Part shown: positions 25,795 to 34,262 of the stretch, one piece after another
Layout: every line of letters begins with the position of its first letter
Position numbering within the stretch: position 1 is the first letter of the stretch
Source: a virus
Lineage: Duplodnaviria; Caudoviricetes
Virus record (IMG/VR): IMGVR_UViG_3300025030_000138
Coordinates: 1-53,075 of that record
Length of the DNA stretch: 53,075 bases
Reading direction: 5' to 3' (one strand)
Program-made: the position numbers and the translations under genes
Notes under the pieces: model-generated
Database searches by the model: none
Seen by the model: only the letters and a program-made list of their open reading frames with translations
What the model was told of the DNA's origin: nothing

Positions 25795-26265
25795 CTACGT
25801 GGTGGCGAGCTGGTAGAGGACCGTGAAGGAGAGGACCATCGTGCGCACGTCCGGGTGCGCGTGGTTGCGCTTGAAGCTCGCGCCTCGGGCGAGGACGAGG
25901 CGGACGCCGGTCGGGTTTCCGGTGAGGTTGGCGAGCCGGTTCTCGATCGCCTCTGCGTCTCGGCCCATGCGCGCGTCGAGCTCCGCGCGCGAGAGGCTGA
26001 CCATGTACATCACTTCAATCTCGAACCCCTGCTCCACCTGGCGGCTGCTGGCGCCGAAGGTCTCGGCCTCTCGCCGGCTCGTGAGCCGGATCTCGAACTG
26101 GCGGTCATGCCCCCGGTAGATCGTGGACCCGTTGGGCTCGAACGTCTCAAGCGGCGTGGCGCGCACGAACGAGGCATCCACTGGTGCGGTGGCAACAGGT
26201 GGCGTCGTCGCCGCGACCTGGGTGGCGATCCAGGTGATCACGTCGGCGACGTTGGTGTTCGCCAT
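25795..26265 (-). CDS. Tail terminator/completion-like protein
   Basis: Size and position before the tail tube. Confidence 0.55.
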   Translation of the reverse strand: MANTNVADVITWIATQVAATTPPVATAPVDASFVRATPLETFEPNGSTIYRGHDRQFEIRLTSRREAETFGASSRQVEQGFEIEVMYMVSLSRAELDARMGRDAEAIENRLANLTGNPTGVRLVLARGASFKRNHAHPDVRTMVLSFTVLYQLATT

Positions 26266-26738
26266 CAGCGCCCCCGGGTCTTGCGCACGAGCGCGTCCAT
26301 GAAGTTGTTGCCGATGGTGCCGAGTTCCAAGCGCTCGCCCGGCTGGCGGATGCCGAAGAACTTGCGGCCGGAGAGCCCGGTCCGCGTGACCGACTCCAGC
26401 CCGCGAGCGATGTCGACAAGGTGCGAGTCCAGCCACCCGACCTCGGCCCGGTTGCCGGCGTTGGCGATCTCCATGAGCCCGGACATCAACTCGCCAGACC
26501 ACCAGAGCCGCGGTGTGCCTCCGTGCATCAGCCCCGCCTTCTTCCGCTTCAAGGCGTAGGGCTTGGTGTACTTGCGGAACTTCTCGTGGTTGAGATCCCC
26601 GCGGCCCGTGCGCACGCGGTTGACGATGATCCCGACCACCCCAGCCGCCAGGTCCGACAGCAGCCCAGACACCGCCACGCCGTCGAGGTCGGGCGGGATC
26701 CAGTTCTTGTCTACCTTCAGGGTGGAGACGACTTCCAC
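26265..26738 (-). CDS. Virion morphogenesis / tail completion protein
   Basis: R...G.D....F..Y...Y...K, L..SGELM, RKFFGI motifs. Confidence 0.7.
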   Translation of the reverse strand: MEVVSTLKVDKNWIPPDLDGVAVSGLLSDLAAGVVGIIVNRVRTGRGDLNHEKFRKYTKPYALKRKKAGLMHGGTPRLWWSGELMSGLMEIANAGNRAEVGWLDSHLVDIARGLESVTRTGLSGRKFFGIRQPGERLELGTIGNNFMDALVRKTRGR

Positions 26739-26770
26739 GGGCGCCTCCGAGGTGGCTGGTTGCGGCAGGG

Positions 26771-27244
26771 CTACGGCTCGTCGTTGCGCCGAACGATCGG
26801 GGCGATGTTCTCGTCCTCGCCCTCGTCGTCGTCGGACAGAGACAGGCGCTTGATGTGCGAGCCCACGCCCTCGGAGTTGGTCGGCAGCACGTCGGAGAGG
26901 TAGCGCTCCGGCTTCTCCTCCAACTTCTCGATCCGGCGCTGGTACTCCTCCCAGTCTGCGTCGGCGCCGGGGGATGCGGCCTGGAGCAGGCCGGATTTGG
27001 CGACGAACCAGTGCGCGGCGAGCTCCACTGTGGTCCGCAAGAACTCGTACGCCTCGGTCCCGGAGACGAGATCCGCCGGCGTGATCCCCTGCGCCCGGAC
27101 GATCGCGTTCACCTCGGTCGAGGCGTCGGCGATGATCAGCGCCACGTTCGCCGCCGTGGGCTTGGTCGTGGTCGAGAACGCAGCGGCGTCCGGCCAGAAC
27201 TTCGCCCGGACGAGCTCGGCGGTGATCCCGTAGACCTGGGCCAC
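26771..27244 (-). CDS. Head-tail adaptor (Mu gp36-like)
   Basis: IADASTEVNAIV helical pattern; position after the capsid gene. Confidence 0.6.
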   Translation of the reverse strand: MAQVYGITAELVRAKFWPDAAAFSTTTKPTAANVALIIADASTEVNAIVRAQGITPADLVSGTEAYEFLRTTVELAAHWFVAKSGLLQAASPGADADWEEYQRRIEKLEEKPERYLSDVLPTNSEGVGSHIKRLSLSDDDEGEDENIAPIVRRNDEP

Positions 27245-27247
27245 GAC

Positions 27248-27592
27248 CTACCTCCGGCCGCGGTTCGGCCTGTGCTGCTGCTGCGGGATGAACTCGCGGT
27301 GCGGGGCCACTGCGGGGGCCTGCTGCGGGGTGATCGAGAGCGCGGCGGCAGGCTCTGCGGCCGGGGCGGGTATGAGGTCCGCCGCCTCACGGAGCGCCTG
27401 CTGCGTTGCCTCCGCGCCGGCGACGGCGATCTCTGCCTCCACCGCCACCCGTACGATCCGCTTGGCTCGGATGTGCAGGTCGAGGTTGGCCCACTTGGCG
27501 GCCTCGGGCACGTCGTCGCCGGGGGCGTAGCGCCGGCCGGTGTTGCCGACGAGCGAGGACCGCGGCCCGCAGACGTATCGGAACTGAGACAC
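27248..27592 (-). CDS. Hypothetical head-associated protein
   Basis: RBS GGAGGT plus GTG; between capsid and adaptor. Confidence 0.6.
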   Translation of the reverse strand: MSQFRYVCGPRSSLVGNTGRRYAPGDDVPEAAKWANLDLHIRAKRIVRVAVEAEIAVAGAEATQQALREAADLIPAPAAEPAAALSITPQQAPAVAPHREFIPQQQHRPNRGRR

Positions 27593-27651
27593 GTGAGACC
27601 TCCGGAAGCGCAGCGGGGCCGCTGTCACGAGCCGGCCCCGCGCGAAGTGGG

Positions 27652-28626
27652 CTACTGGACGACGAGGGAGAAGAAGACGCCCAGGCTGGAGGCGATGATC
27701 TTGTGCTGCACCGCCACGATCCCGTCCACCCGGTCGCTGCGGCGGCTGCGGATCTCGTACTTGTCGAGGAGCGCCCCGCCCTTCGCGTCGGAGTACGGCT
27801 TCCAGGCGAAGGTGTACATAGCCGAGGGCGTCCGCTTCCCGGGCTTCTCCGGGACGTGCATCAGCAGCGCGGACTTGCCGTAGAGGAAGGCGGTGGTCTG
27901 CGATGCCTGCCCCTCCTTCGAGGTGGTGGAGACGGCCCTGGCGGTGACGACGCGCTTGAGCTTGAACGTCCGCGCCAGATCCTCGTTGGTCGGGGTCCGG
28001 TTGGTGTCGTTCGGCATCCGGTCCCGCACGTCGGGCGAGGAGTAGAGCGCGCGCTCCACGTCCGGGCCCATGACCATGATGTTCGGGCGGTAGCCGGTCA
28101 GGCTCTCGACGTAGTTGCACTGCCGCAGCACCGCGTCGACCGGGGTGGAGCCGGCCGAGCCCCAGTACACGGTGGTGGTGTCGGCCTCGGCGGTGGCGTG
28201 GCCGGTGATGTCGCGGCCCCAGATCGAGGTCGCGAACGCCGCGGTCTTGAAGAGGACCTCGCACTTGAGGGCCATCTTGTGCGCGACGAACTCGGCGGCG
28301 TCGTTGTCCTCGTCCAGCACCGCGTCCTGGTTGCTGCGGCTCAGCCACGAGATGTCCTTGTGGTAGCCGTATGGCACGCACTGGAACGTGTCGGTGGAGA
28401 GCCGGTAGCCGCCGCCGGCCGACTCCGCGCCCTCGGCGAGGACCTCGGCGTCGTCGCGGAGCCAGTCCTCCTTGTTGAAGACGTAGTAGCTGTCACTCAT
28501 CTTCGGGGTGAGGATGAGCGGGGACGCCTGGTGGGCGACGAACTTCTCCGGGTCCTGCATGTACGCGACCGCGGTATCGGTCAGCGGCTGGTTGATGTGT
28601 CCGGATGCGAGCGTGGGGTTTGCCAT
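27652..28626 (-). CDS. Major capsid protein
   Basis: 324 aa; HINQPLTDTAVAY, RPNIMVMG, PSAMYTFAW; position. Confidence 0.9.
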   Translation of the reverse strand: MANPTLASGHINQPLTDTAVAYMQDPEKFVAHQASPLILTPKMSDSYYVFNKEDWLRDDAEVLAEGAESAGGGYRLSTDTFQCVPYGYHKDISWLSRSNQDAVLDEDNDAAEFVAHKMALKCEVLFKTAAFATSIWGRDITGHATAEADTTTVYWGSAGSTPVDAVLRQCNYVESLTGYRPNIMVMGPDVERALYSSPDVRDRMPNDTNRTPTNEDLARTFKLKRVVTARAVSTTSKEGQASQTTAFLYGKSALLMHVPEKPGKRTPSAMYTFAWKPYSDAKGGALLDKYEIRSRRSDRVDGIVAVQHKIIASSLGVFFSLVVQ

Positions 28627-28729
28627 TGCGAGCTACCTTTCTGGTGCCCGCAATGCGGGCGAAAGTGAAACGGCGCCAGAGTCGCGAGACCCGGACGCCG
28701 GTGGGGAGGATGGGTGTGTCGGGGTGAGG

Positions 28730-29452
28730 CTACTGGTAGAACATCGTGATCGTGGCCTCGCCCTGGCTGAACTGGGTCGAGCCGGAGACCTCGATGTCGA
28801 TTGCGTCCGTGGCGGTGAAGTCGCCCCCGGCGGTGACGGCGGTGGACTCCACGGTCTCACCGCGGGTGTCCTGGTTGTCGGTGGTGAGGGTGAGGACACC
28901 GCCGGTCACGTCCACGGTGGCGATCTCGGCGTTGATCGCGCAGCCCTTGCCGCCGGTGCTCGCCACCACGTCGACGCTCGAGGTGAACTTCACGATCCGC
29001 CCCGGGAAGCCCATCACGATGCCGGTGCGAACGTTGCCGTCCACGGAGAGGCCGGCCAGGGTGCCCTGGTAGACGACCATCGTGCGCACGGGCCGCGCCT
29101 TCCCCGCAGGGACGAGGAACACGCTGGCGATGTCGTTGGCCACGCCGTCGACCAGCGCCCGCGCCACGACCGGGTGCCAGGTGGCGACGATCAGCTTGCC
29201 GGCAGCGTCGACGCCGAGCGAGTCGCCCGCGTTGACGGTGCCGCCGAGCTTGGCCTTGCTGCGGCCGAGGCACATGATCGCCGCGTTCTCGGCGTCCTCG
29301 GGGTCGTTCTGCAAGATGCCGAATGCCTCCGCGCCGAGGCCGGCGAGGGCGGCCCTGCCGTTGCCGTCGACGGTGACGGCGTAGTACTGCGAGGACGAGA
29401 GGTCGCCCTCGGCCTCCAGGGAGGTGACGAGGATCGGGGTCTCGGTTGCCAT
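28730..29452 (-). CDS. Capsid cement/decoration protein (DUF2190-like) with a C-terminal extension
   Basis: DLSSSQYYAV...GILQNDP...G.SKAKLGGTVNAGD.L..DAAGK. Confidence 0.75.
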   Translation of the reverse strand: MATETPILVTSLEAEGDLSSSQYYAVTVDGNGRAALAGLGAEAFGILQNDPEDAENAAIMCLGRSKAKLGGTVNAGDSLGVDAAGKLIVATWHPVVARALVDGVANDIASVFLVPAGKARPVRTMVVYQGTLAGLSVDGNVRTGIVMGFPGRIVKFTSSVDVVASTGGKGCAINAEIATVDVTGGVLTLTTDNQDTRGETVESTAVTAGGDFTATDAIDIEVSGSTQFSQGEATITMFYQ

Positions 29453-29541
29453 TTCGGAGCCTTTCGGACGCACGACGGCGCCCATGCGGCGAGCGGTGGC
29501 TCGTCGCGAAGTGGTTGCGTTGGGTGCTGCGGTGCGGCGGG

Positions 29542-30732
29542 CTAGTTGAGCTCGCCCTCGGTGTCGTCCACGTCGTCCACGGACCCGCGCCGAGCCTGGT
29601 AGGCCTCGGCGTAGAGCCTCGCGTACCCGGGATCCCTCTGCGCCAGGACCGCGGCCTTGGCCGGGGTCAGGGTCGGGTCCTTCTCGCGGAGCGCGATCAC
29701 CTTCGCGGCGGTGAACGCCTTGAGCTGCGCGCGCGCCGAGGTGCCACCGCCGGGGACCGCCGAGGCCGAGCGGCCGCGCTCGGTCATGGGCACGACCTCG
29801 GGAGCTGCGGCGCCGAAGCACTTGGAGAAGCCGTCGGCGCCCATGGCGTCGTACGCCTTGAGCAGCGAGTCGCGCGCGGCCGCGGGCGCCTTGCCGGCGG
29901 CGATCGCGGCGTCGACCGCGGCCTCGGCCTCGCCCTTCTTCGCGGCGTCCTCCGCGGCCTTGATGGTCTCCTTCGCCTTCCCGAGATCCTCGGAGAGCTT
30001 CAGGATCTGCGCGTCCTTCGAGTCGCGGGCCGCGGTCAGGACCACGACCTCGGCCTTGGCGCGGGTGAGCTCCACGTCGGCCGCGGCTGCCTTGCCGGCG
30101 GTCTCGGCGAGGAGGGCGGCGGTCTTGGCGTGGTCCGCAGCCATCTTCTCGTGCTCCGCGAGGGTGATCGTCTTCGGTGCGTCCATGGTGTTCTCCTGTC
30201 TCAGCGCGACGGTTGAGGCGGGGACGATCCCCACCGCGTTCATGTCCGGGATCGCCGGACGATTCGTGAGGGCGACGGCCTGCAGCACTGCGGAGAGCGT
30301 GTCTCCGCTCGTCGGGTCGAGAACGTCGAACCCGATCTCGGGCGAACACAGGTCGTACTCCTCGGCCTCGGCGTACTGCAGCGCGCGAGGCGTCGGCTTG
30401 ATGTACGCGAACAGGGCCGGGGCCCCGGCTTCGTTCGTCTCGATCTTGAGGCCGATCACACGGCCGGCGCTCTTGCCGTCCTCGGCGTTCTGCGGCGAGT
30501 AGGTCCCGTGGTTGTAGTCAGCGGGGACGCGGCGCGCGTACGCCTTGAAGTTGGCCAGCAGCGTGTCTGCGAGCTCCGCGGAGAACTCGATCTTCCCGTA
30601 CCGCGAGTCGTGCACGGTCGCGCCGATGGGTGCAATCTGGAGACGCAGCAGCTTGGTGTCTGGGGCGAGCCCGAAAGACACGTCCGCCGTCACGACCCGC
30701 ACTGGGGTCGCTGCGAGGATCCAGGGGTGCAT
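29542..30732 (-). CDS. Mu gpI-like prohead protease with nested scaffold (internal start at 30186)
   Basis: DYNH, CSPEI, AVALTNRPAI; internal CAGGAGAACACCATG before a coiled-coil half. Confidence 0.85.
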   Translation of the reverse strand: MHPWILAATPVRVVTADVSFGLAPDTKLLRLQIAPIGATVHDSRYGKIEFSAELADTLLANFKAYARRVPADYNHGTYSPQNAEDGKSAGRVIGLKIETNEAGAPALFAYIKPTPRALQYAEAEEYDLCSPEIGFDVLDPTSGDTLSAVLQAVALTNRPAIPDMNAVGIVPASTVALRQENTMDAPKTITLAEHEKMAADHAKTAALLAETAGKAAAADVELTRAKAEVVVLTAARDSKDAQILKLSEDLGKAKETIKAAEDAAKKGEAEAAVDAAIAAGKAPAAARDSLLKAYDAMGADGFSKCFGAAAPEVVPMTERGRSASAVPGGGTSARAQLKAFTAAKVIALREKDPTLTPAKAAVLAQRDPGYARLYAEAYQARRGSVDDVDDTEGELN

Positions 30733-30735
30733 GGG

Positions 30736-31002
30736 CTACTCCGGCTTCTTGCAGTCGGTCGCGTTCGGGTTGTCGCTCCGACACACGAGGTAGAGGTTGA
30801 ACGAGTCGATCAGCCTCGCTCGCTCCAGCTTCGCGATCCGCTCCTCGTGCTGCTCCGAGGTGGCCTGCACGTCGGCGAAGGATGCGGACGCGCGGCCGGC
30901 CATGAACAGGGCCCCGGCCGAGAGCAGGATCGCAGCCCCGGCGGCGGTGACGATCCGCCACGAGGGGGCCTCAGCAACGGCGAGGAGAGCGTCCTTGCTC
31001 AC
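30736..31002 (-). CDS. Small membrane-anchored or secreted protein
   Basis: TM IVTAAGAAILLSAGALFM, short coiled coil, two C-terminal Cys. Confidence 0.6.
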   Translation of the reverse strand: MSKDALLAVAEAPSWRIVTAAGAAILLSAGALFMAGRASASFADVQATSEQHEERIAKLERARLIDSFNLYLVCRSDNPNATDCKKPE

Positions 31003-31451
31003 GGGACCTCCACTGGAGCGCCACACCCGGGCGGCTCGTGGCCAGCGATCACGACCTCGGGGCATGTCACGCCACCACTAGGCCGCCCGTGCTTGCTCAT
31101 GGGCACGACCGTCAGCGCCAGGCCGCCCCGCGACAGCGACGCGCACAAGACATCGCGGGCGGTGCCGGGCACTCCGTCGAACCCGGCCGGCAGCGCGGCC
31201 CCGCCCCCGCCCTCGGCCTCCGGCGCCGCCACGATCTCCACGTACTGCGTGGTCAGCGTCCCGGACTCGCAGTCGATCCCGTTCTCGCTCAGAGCCTGCG
31301 CCGCCTCGCATGGCCCCTGAGCCAGGGCGACGAAGCACTCGCCACCAACCAGGGCCGCGGGGACCTCTCCGGTGGCGAGCCACACAGCGACCGCGCCACC
31401 GGCTGCGGCGAGGGCGGCGGCGGCGACTGCAGCGGAGGAGCGGTGGTTCAT
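30999..31451 (-). CDS. Membrane-anchored or secreted Cys-containing protein
   Basis: N-terminal hydrophobic helix; six Cys. Confidence 0.6.
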   Translation of the reverse strand: MNHRSSAAVAAAALAAAGGAVAVWLATGEVPAALVGGECFVALAQGPCEAAQALSENGIDCESGTLTTQYVEIVAAPEAEGGGGAALPAGFDGVPGTARDVLCASLSRGGLALTVVPMSKHGRPSGGVTCPEVVIAGHEPPGCGAPVEVP

Positions 31452-31735
31452 GCGTTCACCGCCTCGCCGTTGCGGATCCACCCGTGCCACCCGGCGGCGC
31501 CCTTGGCGTTGACCGAGGGCGAGAGCGAGAGCGTCTCGATCGTGTCCCCGGTGCGCACCCACCAGTGACACGCCACCGGGTAACCCTGGCCCTCGCCCTT
31601 CGGCCCGCCGTCGAGCGGGTTCTCGAAGGGGACGGCGATGTAGTCGTTCTGGTGGTTCGGGTTCAGGAAGAGCACGCCCATCCCGTCGCGGCCGTTCTCC
31701 GAGTAGAACTTCGCGTCCAGGTCTGTGAGCCTCAC
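31448..31735 (-). CDS. DUF6527-like protein
   Basis: W.RTGDTIETLSLSPSV.......WHGWIRNG. Confidence 0.6.
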   Translation of the reverse strand: MRLTDLDAKFYSENGRDGMGVLFLNPNHQNDYIAVPFENPLDGGPKGEGQGYPVACHWWVRTGDTIETLSLSPSVNAKGAAGWHGWIRNGEAVNA

Positions 31736-33615
31736 TGCCGCACCTCCAGCGTCCGCAGCCACCCGTTGAACTGCCCAGCCCCGGCCACGGTCGCACCGAT
31801 GCCCGCTGAGGCAGCGTGTGCGGTCGGCATGTACCCGGCCCCCGTGAGCGAGGTTGCGACCGAGACGTGATCCTGCTCGACCCAGACGTTGCCGGCTCCC
31901 CACCGGAGACAGACCTCGTGCGCGCCGCCGGTCCACGTCAGGGCCGCGGACTGAACCGTGGTTGTGTTCGCGGCGGTTCCGGTCGAGCAGTTGGCGCGGC
32001 GGCTGGAGTCAACCCAGCAGGCGACGCCGTTCGTGCCCGTCCTCGTGTCGAAGAGGTAGGCGTCCGCGGCGGGTGCGGTCCACTCCGGCGTGACCGTGAC
32101 GCAGACCTCGCCCTGCCCGGTCGGGAACCCCTGCGTCCCGACCGTCGGCTTGTCCGGCAGGCGCGCCGTGGCGAGGGTGGTGGTGTTGATCGAAGACGTG
32201 GCGAACGTCCCCGCTTCCTTCTGCGCTCGCCAAGCGTAGACGGTCAGCGCCGGCTGCGTGTTCGGCTGCCCAGTGTCGCGGGCGTCGGGACCGAGCACGA
32301 GGAATGACGACGGGGTAGCGAAGCCCTCCAACTCGCACCGGCTCCACGAGGTCGTGAGCGCGCACGCCGTCCGCCCCTGGTACGTCACGGCGTCGTTCGT
32401 GGTGGAGAGGTAGAGCGTTCCCGTCCCGGTGACGGTGCGGAGGTAGATGGAATTCGACGCTACGGCACCCGCCGCCTTCGACATGGTGACGACGCTGAAC
32501 TCTCCGGCGGCGTCGATCGCAGTGAATGCGATCTGCTCGGCGGTGGTGGTTCCATCCGGGGCAACGGCAGCGTTCGGCGTGACCACCGGAGCCGCGGTCC
32601 CGGCGCCGTTGTTCGACTTCGCCCACGCCGCGTTGTCGAACTCGCTCGCGTTCGTGAGCAGGTTGGTTCGCCCCTCCTCGACGTAGAGCCCGGTCCCCGG
32701 CAGCACGCGGCCCATGTCGTCGCCAAAGTCAGCGACGGCGACGCCCGCGGCGTTGGTGTAGTCCATGCCCGCGGTGCTGTTGCGGTCCACCGCGACGTTG
32801 CGCGACTCGGCGATGGTGCCGGCCCACTGGCTCTCGATGCGGAGCAGTTCTGCGTCGGTGAGGGTGCAGGGGAAGATTGCAACGAGCGACTCCACCCCGT
32901 TGAGCCAGTACGACGTGGACGAGTGCCGCCCAAACCACGCCTCTTCGGTTGTGGCCGCCGCGGGGTTCACGTTCCACGCTGCGGCTGCCGACTGGCTCCC
33001 ATTCGCGCGGGCGGTCAAGACCTTGGTCGCGGTGTCGAATCGGCACGATTCCACGAACCATCGCCCCGACTGCGACGCTAGATTCGCAGACACGGCCTTG
33101 GTCGTGGGCGTGCCCGCGGCGTTGGCGACGTTGCAGACGTAGGTCGACGCGGCGCCGTAGGCGTAGAAGCCACGCAGCGCTGCGGCTCCCTGATCGAACG
33201 TGGGCGAAACCGCCAGCGCCCCGCCGGGTGCCGAGATCGTGATCACGGTGAAGTCGGCCACCCACAGATCCGCCGTCGTCGCCTTCGTGGTGAGTCGAGG
33301 CGCCTCTGCCAGTGCGTCGATCCTCGCCCCGTACCGCGCCGTCGCCCCGGTCCCCGGCACGAAGGGGCCGGTCTCGAACGTGGTCCCGGTGCCCTGCGTC
33401 ACCGCCACGCTCGCCCCGGCGCCGTCCACGCAGTCCCAGGAGTCGGCGTCGGGCGTGCAGACGAGGGACGGGGCGCAGGTCAGGCCGGAGAGGTTGACGA
33501 GGCCGGAGGTGGAGAGGGGGCCGGAGAGGATTGGGCCCACGCCCTCAACAAACACCTCCTGCGCGGCGGCGGGAGAGGCGCAGGCGAGCGCGAGAGTGAG
33601 GGCGAGCAGGCGCAT
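31732..33615 (-). CDS. Head spike/fibre-like lectin-fold protein with a Sec signal peptide
   Basis: MRLLALTLALACASPAAA/Q; GLYVEEGRTNLL...APDG...Q.EAG.FATS.I.T motif; LamG-like segments. Confidence 0.65.
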   Translation of the reverse strand: MRLLALTLALACASPAAAQEVFVEGVGPILSGPLSTSGLVNLSGLTCAPSLVCTPDADSWDCVDGAGASVAVTQGTGTTFETGPFVPGTGATARYGARIDALAEAPRLTTKATTADLWVADFTVITISAPGGALAVSPTFDQGAAALRGFYAYGAASTYVCNVANAAGTPTTKAVSANLASQSGRWFVESCRFDTATKVLTARANGSQSAAAAWNVNPAAATTEEAWFGRHSSTSYWLNGVESLVAIFPCTLTDAELLRIESQWAGTIAESRNVAVDRNSTAGMDYTNAAGVAVADFGDDMGRVLPGTGLYVEEGRTNLLTNASEFDNAAWAKSNNGAGTAAPVVTPNAAVAPDGTTTAEQIAFTAIDAAGEFSVVTMSKAAGAVASNSIYLRTVTGTGTLYLSTTNDAVTYQGRTACALTTSWSRCELEGFATPSSFLVLGPDARDTGQPNTQPALTVYAWRAQKEAGTFATSSINTTTLATARLPDKPTVGTQGFPTGQGEVCVTVTPEWTAPAADAYLFDTRTGTNGVACWVDSSRRANCSTGTAANTTTVQSAALTWTGGAHEVCLRWGAGNVWVEQDHVSVATSLTGAGYMPTAHAASAGIGATVAGAGQFNGWLRTLEVRQ

Positions 33616-34250
33616 TACTGAGCCGACACCGCGGTCGCGTTGATATCTCCGGTTGCGCCCGCGCTGCGGCAGTAGCCGGTGATCGCCGGGACCTTGAGCC
33701 GCCGCGTGACGCCGGGGTGGAACTTGCTGCCGAGCGTCGCGCAGTCGGTTCCAGAGCCGCCGTCGTCCGTGCCGCAGAGGAAGACCAGTTCGTCGCTCCC
33801 CGTGAAGTCGTAGGTCCCGGCGGAGAGGCTGACGACGGTGGTCCCGTTCGCGGCGCAGTTGCTTGCACCCACGGGGGTCGTGAGGTCGGCAGCGGCCACG
33901 GAGAAGGCGTTGCCGCCGGTGACGCTGACGGTGCCGTCCACCGTCAGGCTGCCCGCGTTGTCGCTCACCGGCTGGACCAGCGGCGACGTGGCCGGCGACA
34001 CGTAGAGCGGGGACGCGGCGGTGCCGATCGCGGTGCCCGACCCGTTGACCGGCGTCACCTTGAAGCCGCCCGCCGCCGTCAGGTACGCCTCCTGGAGGGC
34101 GTAGTAGGCGTTGGTGATGTACTTCGAGGTGATGCCGCTCGGCGCCGAAGCGTCCGCGTGCGCGAGCGCGACGGTGCCGAGGACGGCGCCGAGCACGAGC
34201 AGCGCGAGCGCGCCCGCTGCCGCGCTGAGGCGGTGGAGGATCTTGGTCAT
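33615..34250 (-). CDS. Secreted-type beta-rich protein
   Basis: Signal-peptide-like N-terminus ending ALAHA/D; TAATG coupling to the next gene. Confidence 0.6.
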   Translation of the reverse strand: MTKILHRLSAAAGALALLVLGAVLGTVALAHADASAPSGITSKYITNAYYALQEAYLTAAGGFKVTPVNGSGTAIGTAASPLYVSPATSPLVQPVSDNAGSLTVDGTVSVTGGNAFSVAAADLTTPVGASNCAANGTTVVSLSAGTYDFTGSDELVFLCGTDDGGSGTDCATLGSKFHPGVTRRLKVPAITGYCRSAGATGDINATAVSAQ

Positions 34251-34262
34251 GGTCGGGGGCTC

